NCBI GenBank assembly: GCA_050575255.1
Contig: JBNZDD010013598.1
Coordinates: 518,870-582,869, forward strand
Direction: 5' to 3'
From: Harriotta raleighana
Taxonomy: Eukaryota
DNA length: 64,000 nucleotides
This document shows, piece after piece, positions 23,906-35,695 of the stretch; the stretch's first letter is position 1; every line of letters starts with the position of its first letter. Below the pieces are notes generated by a model. It was given only the letters and a program-made list of their open reading frames with translations. It was not told the origin of the DNA and made no database searches. A program made the translations under genes and the position numbers.

Positions 23906-26900
23906 CTACAGGGAAATAGAACGTTATTACATTCACTGCCGATGAACTGCTGACAGCTCACACATTAATGCCTCCTCAGTATGAAAATAAGTGGTTGCGT
24001 TTAGCGATTCCACTTTCATCAACTTTAGAAAGAGAAAAGACCCTCCCACCACACCCCTCCCTGTACAAAGCTCGATCATCAATGACAAGCGCCACTGGAT
24101 TTCTGTGGTGGCAAGATATGATAAAGAATCAACTTTCTCAAAACAAAATATAAGATATGTTTTATAAATCATTCAGTGCCTCACAAAAAAAAATAAAAAA
24201 TTGTTTCAGGAAAAATGAGGTGAGCAAGCACGTCGGAAATCAAGTGAAGGCTCTTCACTAAATTGCTTTCAACGTGTTCCAATTCTGTGCAGCACGCATC
24301 CCTCGCTAAGCAATTTTGACAGAATGTAGCCTGAGAACCCATCACAATATTTTGTCAGAATTTTAAAAAGGCTTTCTGATACTAGAAAAAAAAATTCTGA
24401 TACTAAAAATTTAATTTTGGATTTTGCACACAAATTGTGCCATTTTGCTTTTCAGTGAGCGATCCATCTAATCTTTGTTTCAATTTCTGTCCAAACCTTG
24501 GCATTTCCCATTGTTGGTAGCTTGGGACTGCTTCAAACTTGTGAAGTTCCCTTCATCACGGCACTATTAGAAATCCATACATTTTGCATATTGAACGCTC
24601 ACCATGCTACACAGCAATCTATTCTATCAGGCAATGATTCTCCAGTGTCAAATTGTTCTTGCTTTTAGGCTGTGGTTTCCTCGGTGGCAAATCACAATCC
24701 CTGCTTATTCAAAGTAAACATCTCGTCTCCAAATCCAACCTCAATAAATGAGACGAGTGTCTGTCCTCCGACCATTCTCTTTAACCTTATGCGCTCTTCT
24801 TCAAATGTCACTGCAAAGTCCATAAGGAAACTCCACTGATCCCTATTGGAAACATTATAATCGATAAGTTCCTTCTGCTTAAGAGTTCTGCAGAATTCAA
24901 TTCTAATTTGCAACTTAATTCTGGGGCTGGTGACCTTTCATTTCAACCTAGCGTCTCGAAGGGGTGAATTTTCAAAGCGAAATTTTCAAGGTGAATCTTT
25001 TATTGCAAAAATCAACCTGGGCAACGTTGGACATCTTTACTCTCACCGACCAACGAGTTTAGCCATTGAACTAAACTAGTCGCAAGCACTGGAATTTCAA
25101 GCAAAGTTCCAGTGGTTTCAGATGCAATAGATGGCAAAGCGAGTAATCTGAAACATGTTAACCTAAAATCACTAGATATTCTTTTGTATACCGCCACATA
25201 TAGATTTATTGGTTGTAATCCTTTGTATTGATGCATTGCTTGTGCTCCCGTACATTAATTTATTGGTTGTTGCTGGATATTGACTTATAGGTGGTGCTGC
25301 TGTATATTGATTGGTTGTACTATATTTTAATGTTTAATATAATCCCGGGAGAATTTATGATGAAAATTCTTAGAAGCACGTTCCTGCAGCACGACATGCC
25401 TGCCCTTGAAAAGCCATAAAATGCAGAGAACCAAATTCAAACAGAATAAACAGTGGTACATACATACAGTAGCTCTAAAAACAATCTGAAGAAAGTTGGC
25501 ACGGGACAGAGTGGGCATTAGTTTCAATGTAGAGCAGCCACAAAGCCACTTATGTTCTTATTAATATCTCGGGATACAGTATATTTAGGGACATATAATA
25601 TATAATAATCCTTGCATTTCATATAGAGCCTTCACATGGTTTCAAGACTTCTTGAAGAGCTTCACCAGGGTGTATGTGTGAGTGTGTGGAGGGGTGGGGG
25701 GGGGGGGGGGGGGGGNGGGGAGAATTACATGTGTATGTGATTATCAGGTGTTCAGTACTTCCATGGCGTATCAGTTAACAATTTTTCAAAGACTGCGATG
25801 ACAGTTGCAATTGGGTAAACCCTTTGTGGTGGGCAATGCTTCGGAAACGTGCCACATGCAAGGGACTTTCTGTATGTTTCAGCTATGCCCAATAAAGTAC
25901 CACCCACGACTTGAACTAAGTCTAAGTATGATCATACTTCTGATTATTAAGGATGGCGATGTTTCACAGAGCTTTGGCAGCTGTCAAGAGTAGTTTCATT
26001 ATGGTTTCCCCGCCTTCCCCACCTCACTGGATGCCCGGGGTGAAACACATCGACAGCTGGTCAGGCGTCAATCTACCAAATTTAGTTCCACACTCAGTCA
26101 GCCTCCAGACACCAACTAATAAATCTGTATACAAGAAATAGTTGATAAGCTGATTTCTTAAAATGTTGCTTACATATATCTGCCCCAGGAAAATGTACAA
26201 TAAATCGGTTGTACATATTTAATATTTAAATATGGTTAATATTTCTTTCCAATACTCAAGAAGTTGAAGAATTCAAAACAACTTTCTATAATACTGATAT
26301 TCAAACACTTAAAATCCTTATATAGTACATTAATTCAGATTTTTTTGTTCTTTTAATATCTCGGGACATATAATATATAATAATCCTTGGATTTGATATA
26401 ATGTCTTATGAAGTCTTTAAAAATTTTTTTGTTGAAGTGGTGCTGAATGGACAGCTCCACACTGTGTGTATCACAAAGACACGCATTGATTCCCAAATCA
26501 TCCTCTCTCCCATGGCTTTATCTCCCCGCCATTTGTTTTGTATCTTCACATTTTAACCTGGCTGAATATCAAACGTCCCTGTCAGCCCTCCCCCCCTCCC
26601 CCGCAGTCAATCGGCAACCTTCAAACGGTTAAATTATTATGAGTCGCAAAGTAATTTCCAAGAAACTTGAGCCTGAGGTTTGCTATTCAGTCTGATCAGC
26701 CATTGAAATTCATTGAGCCTGGGCAGACTGAAGTGATTATCTCTTCCAGCGAGAGATTTTCAGAAAACAGAAGATGGAATGATTATCCTCGAGCAAACTA
26801 AATTAGCTTATACTCTGCAGATTTCACTAATAGATTCACAACAGTTTTTGGAGAGCCTTAAAACGAGAGGTCCAAGTAAAGCTTCCCTGACGCCTGGTGG

Positions 26901-28142
26901 GTAAAGGCAAACCCCTGGGTGTAGTAACTGTCGCAAGTTCCATATCTACCCCATCACTGATGTGGTGGAGTGGCGGGGGGGGCGGTGCTGGGCAATGTCA
27001 AGTACAGATTTCAGTACAGTATCAAAAGCAAAAAGCCACTTGCTCAGATTTTGTTGAAGCGCCTTGGGACGCTAACCCACGCGGAGGGAGCTATATAAAC
27101 GTTGTTGTTGTTGAATGGATTTTTAAGCCTAGCCGCTGTTTAGAATCGATCCCCAGCTAGCTCCCATATACTTCATTTGTCACGCTGAGGGATGCTGACA
27201 CCAATCGCAAGCTAAAATCAGCTTACATAACAGAAAAAGATTACTGTAGAGATGGTCCCAGCCTGTCCAGTGCAGTTCAGCACCAATGCTAGGTGATTGC
27301 TGGTGAACCACCAGTTATACAGTAATAGCATGTGTGGGTGGCATACGTCAGGCTGAAGATGATGGACAACCCGGGGAGAAAATACAGTAGGATTTCAAAG
27401 CACTGGGGACGAACAGCAACAAAACACTGCCTAAGTTACTAGTCATTCGGCTGACTATGAAATATGCATCGCATAGACGATCTGAAATTCAATAAATTCT
27501 GCAACAGCTATTGTGCATTCAATGTTAAAGTTCAAACGAATAATCTACTTAAACAAACGCTGCTCAGATTCAAACGTTTGTTCCCCACAATAACTTGTTA
27601 CTGATTCATTGCCTGTAGAATTCCAACTCTACCCATGCGGGCAAGGAAAGACAGATGAGTCAAACTGCTCGCAACTTCCCACAGCTCAGAATTGTAAATC
27701 ACTCTGATCTTCTGCATTGCTATCTCGAGAGAGGCAGGCTCTCTACTTTCAAAACAGCAGCCAAAATTCTCAAGCTCCACAATAGACTGTACACACAGCG
27801 TTGCTGCTCACTGTGCACTGATTTCCCATCTCTAATGTACGCTCCACTCATGCACAGCCAAAGGCCAGTGAAATATGTAATGCTGGTGAAGAAAATCTTG
27901 CTGTCAGCTCTGAACTACCGTAGCAAAGCTAAGGGTGGTCCAGTGGACTTGTGACTTTGAGGAGGTCGGATTGCAGTCACTACTTGCGTCATTCCCCATT
28001 TGCAAACTGGTTTTGTACTCGCTCAAGTAGGAATGTTTAGGAACAGAGCCATCACAAAGCACTTTATAGGACGTACAGTAAAGTGGAGTGACTTTGTATG
28101 TATTTTGTCGGGGAAAGAAGACATCACTGATCTCCACAATAC

Positions 28143-28261
28143 CTTGTAGGCTGTGTTGTTGAGCACCTTCATGGCCAGGTCAAAGACTTCAGGAAAGGGA
28201 TCCGCAGCCAGGTGAAGCAAGACGCGCCAGATCTGAGTGTAGACACTGTTGAACGAAACAC
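28143..28261 (-). CDS. RPTOR: RPTOR exon (~exon 21), 119 nt
   Basis: ttttaaag|...AAG|gtattg; encodes GVSFNSVYTQIWRVLLHLAADPFPEVFDLAMKVLNNTAYK. Confidence 0.96.
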
Positions 28262-31200
28262 CTTTAAAAAGAAAATAAAAATCTTCTTTAGCTCAGGTGA
28301 CATTTTCCTTTATTATTCATTAATCAATGTTTTGTGCAAAAAAAACACAAATACGAGGCGTTATATAAAAAAACCAGAACTCTTCTTTCATTAGAAATTC
28401 TGTCAGTAATCGTTTTGGAGTCAGGTTTTGCAGCCTGAAATAACTAACGTAGCCGATCAAAATCTTCACAGGTGCCTGTAAAATACAGATACCAGAAAAT
28501 TTATGCACAATCTGAGCGTCACAGATGAATAGTTCTGTGGAGTAACTAGTGGATGGTCTTACATAAGCGAGTTTCTACGCAATCTGAGAGGAGCTTTGCT
28601 CCTAAATACTCAGTGAAGCAATTAGTAAATTGTACAGTCACAAAGATCTTTCAACAGATTATTCCACACTTTTCGGGGACTCATTAGTCGAAAGCTCGAA
28701 GCAGAGTCTCTCTTGCTCCAGTTACAACCTAACAGATTTTGACCCAATACATCACTCATAGAGTTCTCAGTACATAATTACTTTGATGCCTTGGGGTATG
28801 CATGAAAAATGCAGAAAGCAAACAACTAGTAATGAGTCTATAATAATGAGATGTGTGGCAAAGCAATTAAAACGCATTGAAAGAATAAAAAAAAGTTTTA
28901 AAAATTTCTGCCATCCACACTATATATACTTGTCAATAATTTGTAAAGGGTTTGCGCTTCCGATAAGAGCAATTTGTGAACCTCACTGGAACGAGAAAAA
29001 TCTAAATGTATGCAGCTTTCAATGTTCAAAGAAGAAAAAAATCAATTTTCATTGAGCAGCCAATCTTTAATAATAATAATCCTTGCATTTGATATAGCGC
29101 TTTTCAAGTCTTCTAGACGTCTCAACGCTCTTCATAGAATATACTGTAAAGTGAATTGACTGTATATTTTGGGCGAATTTCCATACAAATCGAAGTTTGA
29201 ATATTACTGTTTGGGAACGTTTACATGAAAATAGCATGGCTTTCCATTTCGTCACTATTAAATCAAGCCAGGATGGAGATGTGCAGAAACTGATTTACAT
29301 AAACAATCAAGAAGTTTGTTGCCAAATAAGAGGGTAAGGCAGCTCTTTGCACATATCCCAAAGCAAGGAAACGCATCCCTAGTTTTAAAGGAATAAATTA
29401 TACTAAACGATGACATTGTGAAAAGAGACTCCTCCAAACTGCACTTGTGGTTTAAAAGACGCTAATGAGAACAGCAAAAATAAGCCCCAAAACGCTACCT
29501 TCAAATATATGAAGGCAGAGACACGAGGGAAAAGTACTGATTCCAGAAGGACAATTTTCAGGCACACATCAGGAAGTATTTATTTTCTTGATGAAAACAC
29601 TGCAAACGCAGGTTAAAACCTAGGCACCAAATACACAAGTGAGCAGTGGGGTAGTTAGTCATCTTATAATGCAGTCTGAGAGGAGTTTCTCACATTGCTT
29701 TTCAGTGAAGCAATTAATAAATCGTACGGTCACAAAGATCTTCAATGGCTTTTTCCACACTTGTTAGGGAGCCTGCAGCGGAGTACCAGGAAATATTTAG
29801 CTTCTTGATGAAAAGGCTGCAACAAAATGCAGCATAAACTCAGCCAGGGTGGATATGTGTAGATATGAAACACACAAGTTTCAACCTTAAAGTCTTAACC
29901 TAAAGCCCAGCCAGAGGAACACAATAATTTCTTCTGGTTGCATTTGAATAAAAGTGAAGTGAACTCTGAGAAGCAGACTCTGTAGCTCCAAACACTTGTT
30001 CAAAAGGGTTTATTTAGCGACTGGCCTACTCCGCAAAGTTTTGCTAACAATGGCTCACTCACATCAATTAGCAGACCTCCACTCCCCAGTGGAAAAATGC
30101 TTCTCTTTCATGCTATTAACTGATCACTGACAAAATTATCAACTCGAAATTTGCGGGAGTTAATCCCACAGTTATAAACTATTCCATTCAATGTCAAGAT
30201 GTTCAGTCATTGTCAAAGTTGCTGTGTATCGCGAGTTCCAGTCCTACAGACGAGTTCTTTTGACCTCTGCTTTCTGTGGTGTCAATCAGTGCTAAGTTTG
30301 GCTCCTGCAACTTCGGAAATGCTCAAAGCTATGGAAAGCTCTTTTGCTGGCCTTATGCAAGAAGAAAAAATCAATAGTAGTTACACAACTGCTACCACTG
30401 GGATGTCATTGGAAGTAATTAGACCAGATTAATGCAGTTCATAGCAGAATATCTGAAATGCCAAGGCCTGACTGTCAGTCATTGTTACAAGCGCATCAAT
30501 CGCCTTTGGTTGTAGGAGAAAGTGATTAGATTCAAGCTCCTATACTGACTGTTGTTCTGTAAGTTTTTAAAAAAAAACTCCTTTCATGTGGAAACTTTCT
30601 GGTTTAACAATGAGAATGGTAAACTGATAAACTGTTGTTTTCATAAGCATTCCGTTTTAATTTGAACTGGATATTTACATAAAGTAAACATCAAAATCTT
30701 CTTGTTTCAATAATGTGGAGCTCACCGACACTTTTTTTCCAATGTTAAACTCCCGTAAACACGTCATTGTGTCACGATACATCTGTTTCCCTCAATGACA
30801 TCTCCAGCGCAAAGTCATATTGCAAGCAACATTCATCACTGAAAGTCTCCTCACATACATAGTCAACATAACCAATACAACGACAGCCCTTCTTAACACA
30901 CAGGAAACAAGAACCAAAACATCTTTGACAATATAATGGATGATCGGATTGTAATTCAAGGATTGCATTTTCTCACTAGGGAAACCAGGCTGCAATAGTT
31001 AGAATAATACTTGCATTTGAATGCCATTGAGACAATGACTGTATATTTTGGGGGTGAAACGTGGCAGCCAATCTCACACAGCACTGTCCCACAACCAGTC
31101 GTGGTTTGAAATTTCCACGTGTGGGTGAGATGAATGGGAATCTCAGGTTGGTTTGGACACACTTAAGCCTAGTGATGGGTTTCCACGTGTCAGACACGAG

Positions 31201-31282
31201 ACGACCAAAGCAATAAAGGCAGATGCATCACGACATTTAGTCAATGCCTTGTTGCCAGTCAATGTCCCAAATTAGAACATCA

Positions 31283-32033
31283 CCTGGTAAAGTGGCAGGT
31301 GAGGTTTAATACGGAGAAATGCGAAGTGTTGCATTTTGGTAGGAAGAATGAGGAGGCAGTGTAAGCTAGTTGCTACAATTTTGAAGAGAGACCAGGGGAG
31401 TCTATATAAGCAAATCCCTGAAGGTGGCAGGACAGGTAGATAAAGCAGTTAAAAAAGCATACGGGATACTAGGATTTATAAATAAGGGAACAGAATACAA
31501 AAGTCATGATGAATATTTATAAAATGCTGGTTAGGCCTCAGTTGGAGTACTTTGTTCAGTTCCGGGCACCACACCTCAGGAAAGATATAAAGGCATCTAA
31601 AGGAAAGGAAATTTACTAGGACGGGACCAGGAATGAAGGACCTTAGTTATGAGGAGAGGTTAGCGAAACTAGGATTATTCTCCCTATTACAGAGAAGATA
31701 AAGAGAGGATTTAATAGAGGTTGAACTGGGAAAAACTGTTTCCACTGGCATGAGGGTCAGTAACCCGAGGACACCGATTTAAGATAGTTGTTAAAAGAAA
31801 CAGAGGGGAGGTTAGGACAAAAAATTTCACCCAGCGAAATGTTGGGATCTGGAATGAAAGGGCAGTGGAAGCCGATTCAATAACAACTTTTAAAAGAGAA
31901 GTAGATGAGAATTTGGGGAGGACAAGATTTCGGAGAGAAAACGGGCCAGTGGGATTGAGTTAGACAGCTCTTTTCAGAGCCGGCCAAACACGATGGACTG
32001 AATGGCTTCCTTCTGTGCTGTATGATTCTATGA
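31283..32033 (+). mobile_element. CR1 LINE, 5'-truncated 3' end, frameshifted
   Basis: KWQVRFNTEKCEVLHFGRKNE...KAVKKAYGILGFINKG...VRPQLEY; terminal tatgattctatga. Confidence 0.92.
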
Positions 32034-33066
32034 TAAAGCAAAATTTTGGGAGTCCTTTCCTTGTTGAAAATTCCTCTTAATGTACCAGTGATAATTCTAC
32101 GCCAAGGCCTGGCAACAATGGGAGACTTATGGTATGAGCTGGAAGGAATCCGTGGGGATTGTAGAGAATTTACTTCTTGCCCTCCCACCCCCAGCCCCCA
32201 CCATCCACACCCATACCCGGTCTTTCATATGTCAAATGTGTTCTCTTCAAAAGCTTGGAAAGTTTGCTGCATGAGTAAAGCAGCACAATTACTGTGGCTG
32301 GGTGTCTTGTTGCTGAAACGCCTTGTGGCAAGACGTAACTTCTAAGCTCAGCTGCTGGCACCGACTGGCACCAGGATGATCAAAGAACAGAACAGGGGGA
32401 AAAACATGCTCTGAAACTGGAGTATTGACGTCAAGTGCTTGCTAGAGAAAAAAAATAGGTGGTGGGGGAAAGGGGAAAAAAAACTGCAAAGCCATATTTG
32501 GATGCATTTGAAAAAAAAGGAGCATAAAAGACAATTGTTTCCAGAAGCACTCCACAGAGGAGACTGGCAGTGATGGCTGCCTTTAAAGTCATGCTGTGTG
32601 CACATCTCCAGCAGTCAAGGACTGCAGCACAAAGATGCACGAGGCAAGAAGCAATAATCTGCTTTACTAGGCTGCCCCTCACTCGAGTCCATAGGCAACC
32701 AGATTTTCTCTAATAACACAGTAATCCTAATCCTAATAATCTGTGTATTGGTTATCCTCCTTTCACTAGAGATGTCTAGAAGACGCAAAAAGCGCTCCTA
32801 GAACGTGAAAGGCACTGTACACGTCATTTGATTTTGTTGCTGTTGGAATGATTCCGAGTGCTGACCCCTCCTGTTTGAGGAGAACATTCTTGTGCGCCCT
32901 CTTAGTGCAGCAACAATCTTTCAGAAAATAATACACGCTTAGTTTGCGTTGCATTTATGGCGCAGCCACCAATGGCAGCCTAGACATGTGAGCAAGATGA
33001 TTATTATTATTATTATTATTATAAGATGTCAAAACCACCTGGAGAGATGCAGACAGCAGTTTATCT

Positions 33067-33084
33067 GGTGCCCCCTAGAGGCGA
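33067..33084 (-). promoter_or_regulatory. CTCF motif
   Basis: Minus strand TCGCCTCTAGGGGGCACC matches the CTCF core consensus. Confidence 0.55.
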
Positions 33085-33929
33085 CATGAACAATTACAGT
33101 ACAGACAGTACGGAGGCAGCATTTCGAATCTCAGGAGACCCAAAACAGAGCAGTCTATATAATCCCGCACAATTTCGGAGGCCGCCGGATACTTTGACAA
33201 CGATCGGAAAAAAAGACTAGACGCAGATTTTCCCTTTAATGCTCAGATTAAAATCGCATGCTTAACTTTGGTTGGAGAATGCAATTAAAAGTGGGTGGAG
33301 AAAAAAAACAGATCGATGAGATTCAGTGGAAGTATCTTTTAATTTGTCACCAACATTTATCAGTTGGACATGGCTGAAACGTATAAATTTGCTATATCCT
33401 GCAATCAGCAAGTTTAGTTATTTATTTTTTTAAAAAAAGGGCGCTGTTCAGAATTGATCTGATCAGGAAATAACTCTGTTTATAATAGTCCTCCATAATT
33501 TACACCGTTTCCAATACAGTAATATGTAAAACAGCATGATTTAAATCTCAGCAAACCATCAGCATAGTGGACATGCACAATAACACAACCTTATCAATTA
33601 CTGCAATTTATTGGGAGATAAGCAAAGCATCTTATCATGAGTATCTTAGAACAACATTTGCTGAGGCTGATATTAAGTATTAACTGTTAACGGATAAATA
33701 ATGAGGAAAGATGCAGGATGGAAGGGCGTGAGGCCACTGAGAGGGAGGGAGGGAGAGAGGTGGGAAGAAACAATGAGGCAAAAAGCGAAACGCAGCATGC
33801 AGCAAAACAAGTGTGCTTAAAAGTGTGATAAGCTTGCTTTCAAAAGGTTTAAGTGCCACGGAGATGAAATTGAAAGTGGAGGGAGGTGAAAGAGGAGGAA
33901 TCCATAAAAAGTGCTCTCATCAGACTTGC

Positions 33930-33950
33930 TCTTGAGTGCAGTGGAGGACC
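33930..33950 (-). CDS. RPTOR: Candidate alternative 21-nt RPTOR microexon (net insertion SSTALKS)
   Basis: aactaatgtacag|GG TCC TCC ACT GCA CTC AAG A|gcaagt; phase 1-1, no stop; TGCATG motifs downstream. Prediction only. Confidence 0.35.
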
Positions 33951-34158
33951 CTGTACATTAGTTACCGTGTGAGGTTTGGCAAGAAAGGAAAGGTTTTATA
34001 CCAGGCTTTATACCACCACCCTGTCAATTTAATTTTGGGGGAAGCAACACCAGTAAAAAATAAAGTTGATATGAATCAAGAAATCAGTTGTCCTCTCACA
34101 GAATACACAACACCAAAGAGCAATTCCTGGGAGAAAGGTCTAAAACCCGGAGTCTTAC

Positions 34159-34317
34159 CTATTAAGGAGTTCAAGGAGCTGTAGGAACTAACTCGCCTCA
34201 TTTTATCTATGGTTTCAAAGGAAAGGATGTACTCATCATTGTCAGGGCTTCCCAAGGTGCTGCTGGCACTACTGCTCGTGCTCAGATATCCGGGGGAGAA
34301 GGGGTTTGAACCACCAG
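34159..34317 (-). CDS. RPTOR: RPTOR exon (~exon 20), 159 nt, includes the S792-equivalent AMPK site
   Basis: ctctcag|...|gtaag; encodes TGGSNPFSPGYLSTSSSASSTLGSPDNDEYILSFETIDKMRRVSSYSSLNSLI. Confidence 0.96.
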
Positions 34318-35199
34318 CTGAGAGAGAATGAGCAAACGAAAGAGGGTAAAAGAACCAGGCACCTTTCATAACCCGCGATATTTAAATATAACATTTCATT
34401 TCAGTTTTACTGATCAGAATTATCGTCCACTCTGTGTCTGGCAACAGCAAATGCTACGCTAATAATAATCCTTGCATTTGATATTCCGCTTTTCGCGTCT
34501 TCCAAACGCCTCGAAGCACTTCACAGGATATACTGTATACACATATATATCACACAATTTGTATATATGTATGTATATACTCCTTGCAAAAGCTGCCTCT
34601 AAAAAGCTCAACTTCCTTCCTGTCCACCACCTTTCCTTGCCTCGACTATGAGCTCTTCTTAAAACCCAACATTTTGAATTTACAGCTTCACAAAATTACT
34701 ACTTATTCAGCGGTATAACAATATGTCACTTATAAGACATACTAAATGTCATTCATAAAACTCACAGTACTGGTAAACATCAATTCTTATAGGTGGCATA
34801 TTGACAGGCCAACATAGTTGCTTAAAAATGTTTGATACGCACTTGCTAAAAAATAAAAAATAAAACCTTGCTGGTATTCTTCAGTGAAACACAGCTCTCA
34901 GACATAAAGAAACAGAACAAGCCAATTTTCTCTTTACTACAGATGCTGGAAGAGAGGAATAAGATCATATTGATGGGTTGTAGTGTCTAATATATCAGTG
35001 GCATCGTTTCCAGTCATCAGCTGTTCACTAAAAATCAACAGAACCCACAGATTCCATCAAACCTCTGTCCTTCAGTCCAGATATCCATTAAAATCTACAA
35101 GGTGCAACCTGCGACTACAACGCTTATAACTGGCTTAGACTATCGAACCTATAAATTTCCCATCTTGTACTATATAAAATGCTATACAAGCAGACGAGA

Positions 35200-35695
35200 T
35201 TGCAACAACCACAAATTACATTTGTATAGAGCCTTACACAGCTGGAGGACAGTCGGGGATTTGGAACCGAGCTGGGGTTTGGAATTAGGAAGGATGGAGG
35301 GCGGCTGAAGATGCGGTCAAAGAGGAGGGTCTTGAGATATGCCTTGAATGAGGCAAGGGAGTGAGCAAGTTGAAGAGAGACCGTGGGAAGGAGTTCTAAA
35401 GGTTGGAGCAGAAAGCTTGAACGACCTGTCTACCGATGGTGGGGCGGACTGGAGCCTGCAAAGCGGACAGGTAGATAATAATAACAATCCTTGCATTTGA
35501 TACAGTGCTTTTCATATCTTATCGACGTCTGAACCCGGCAGCCAATTGCGCACAGTCGTGGGTTGAAATGACCAATTTTTATTATTGTGGTTTTTTGGGG
35601 TTCGGATTATTATTAGATATGGCATTAATAGGTTGGGACGTCCTCCCGGCGTGAAAGGCGCTATAGAAACGTAATTTTGTTGTTGTTGTTGTTAT
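35200..35695. mobile_element. Cluster of L2 3' end (minus), SINE fragment (minus) and L2 tail (plus)
   Basis: caaattacatttgtatagagcc...gaagatgcggtcaaagaggagggtcttgag; aatccttgcatttgatac; gggacgtcctcccggcgtgaaaggcgctata. Confidence 0.75.

Noticed and set aside
24692-24913. Protein-like 73-aa minus-strand ORF
   Set aside because: No family recognised and no convincing splice sites; at most a decayed transposon fragment.
25690-25720. Poly-G tract (and poly-C at ~50128-50155) as G-quadruplex elements
   Set aside because: Simple homopolymers, one containing an n; no evidence of function.
29586-29680. TTGATGA...CTGA, resembling C/D box snoRNA motifs
   Set aside because: Antisense to the host transcript, imperfect C box and no clear terminal stem.
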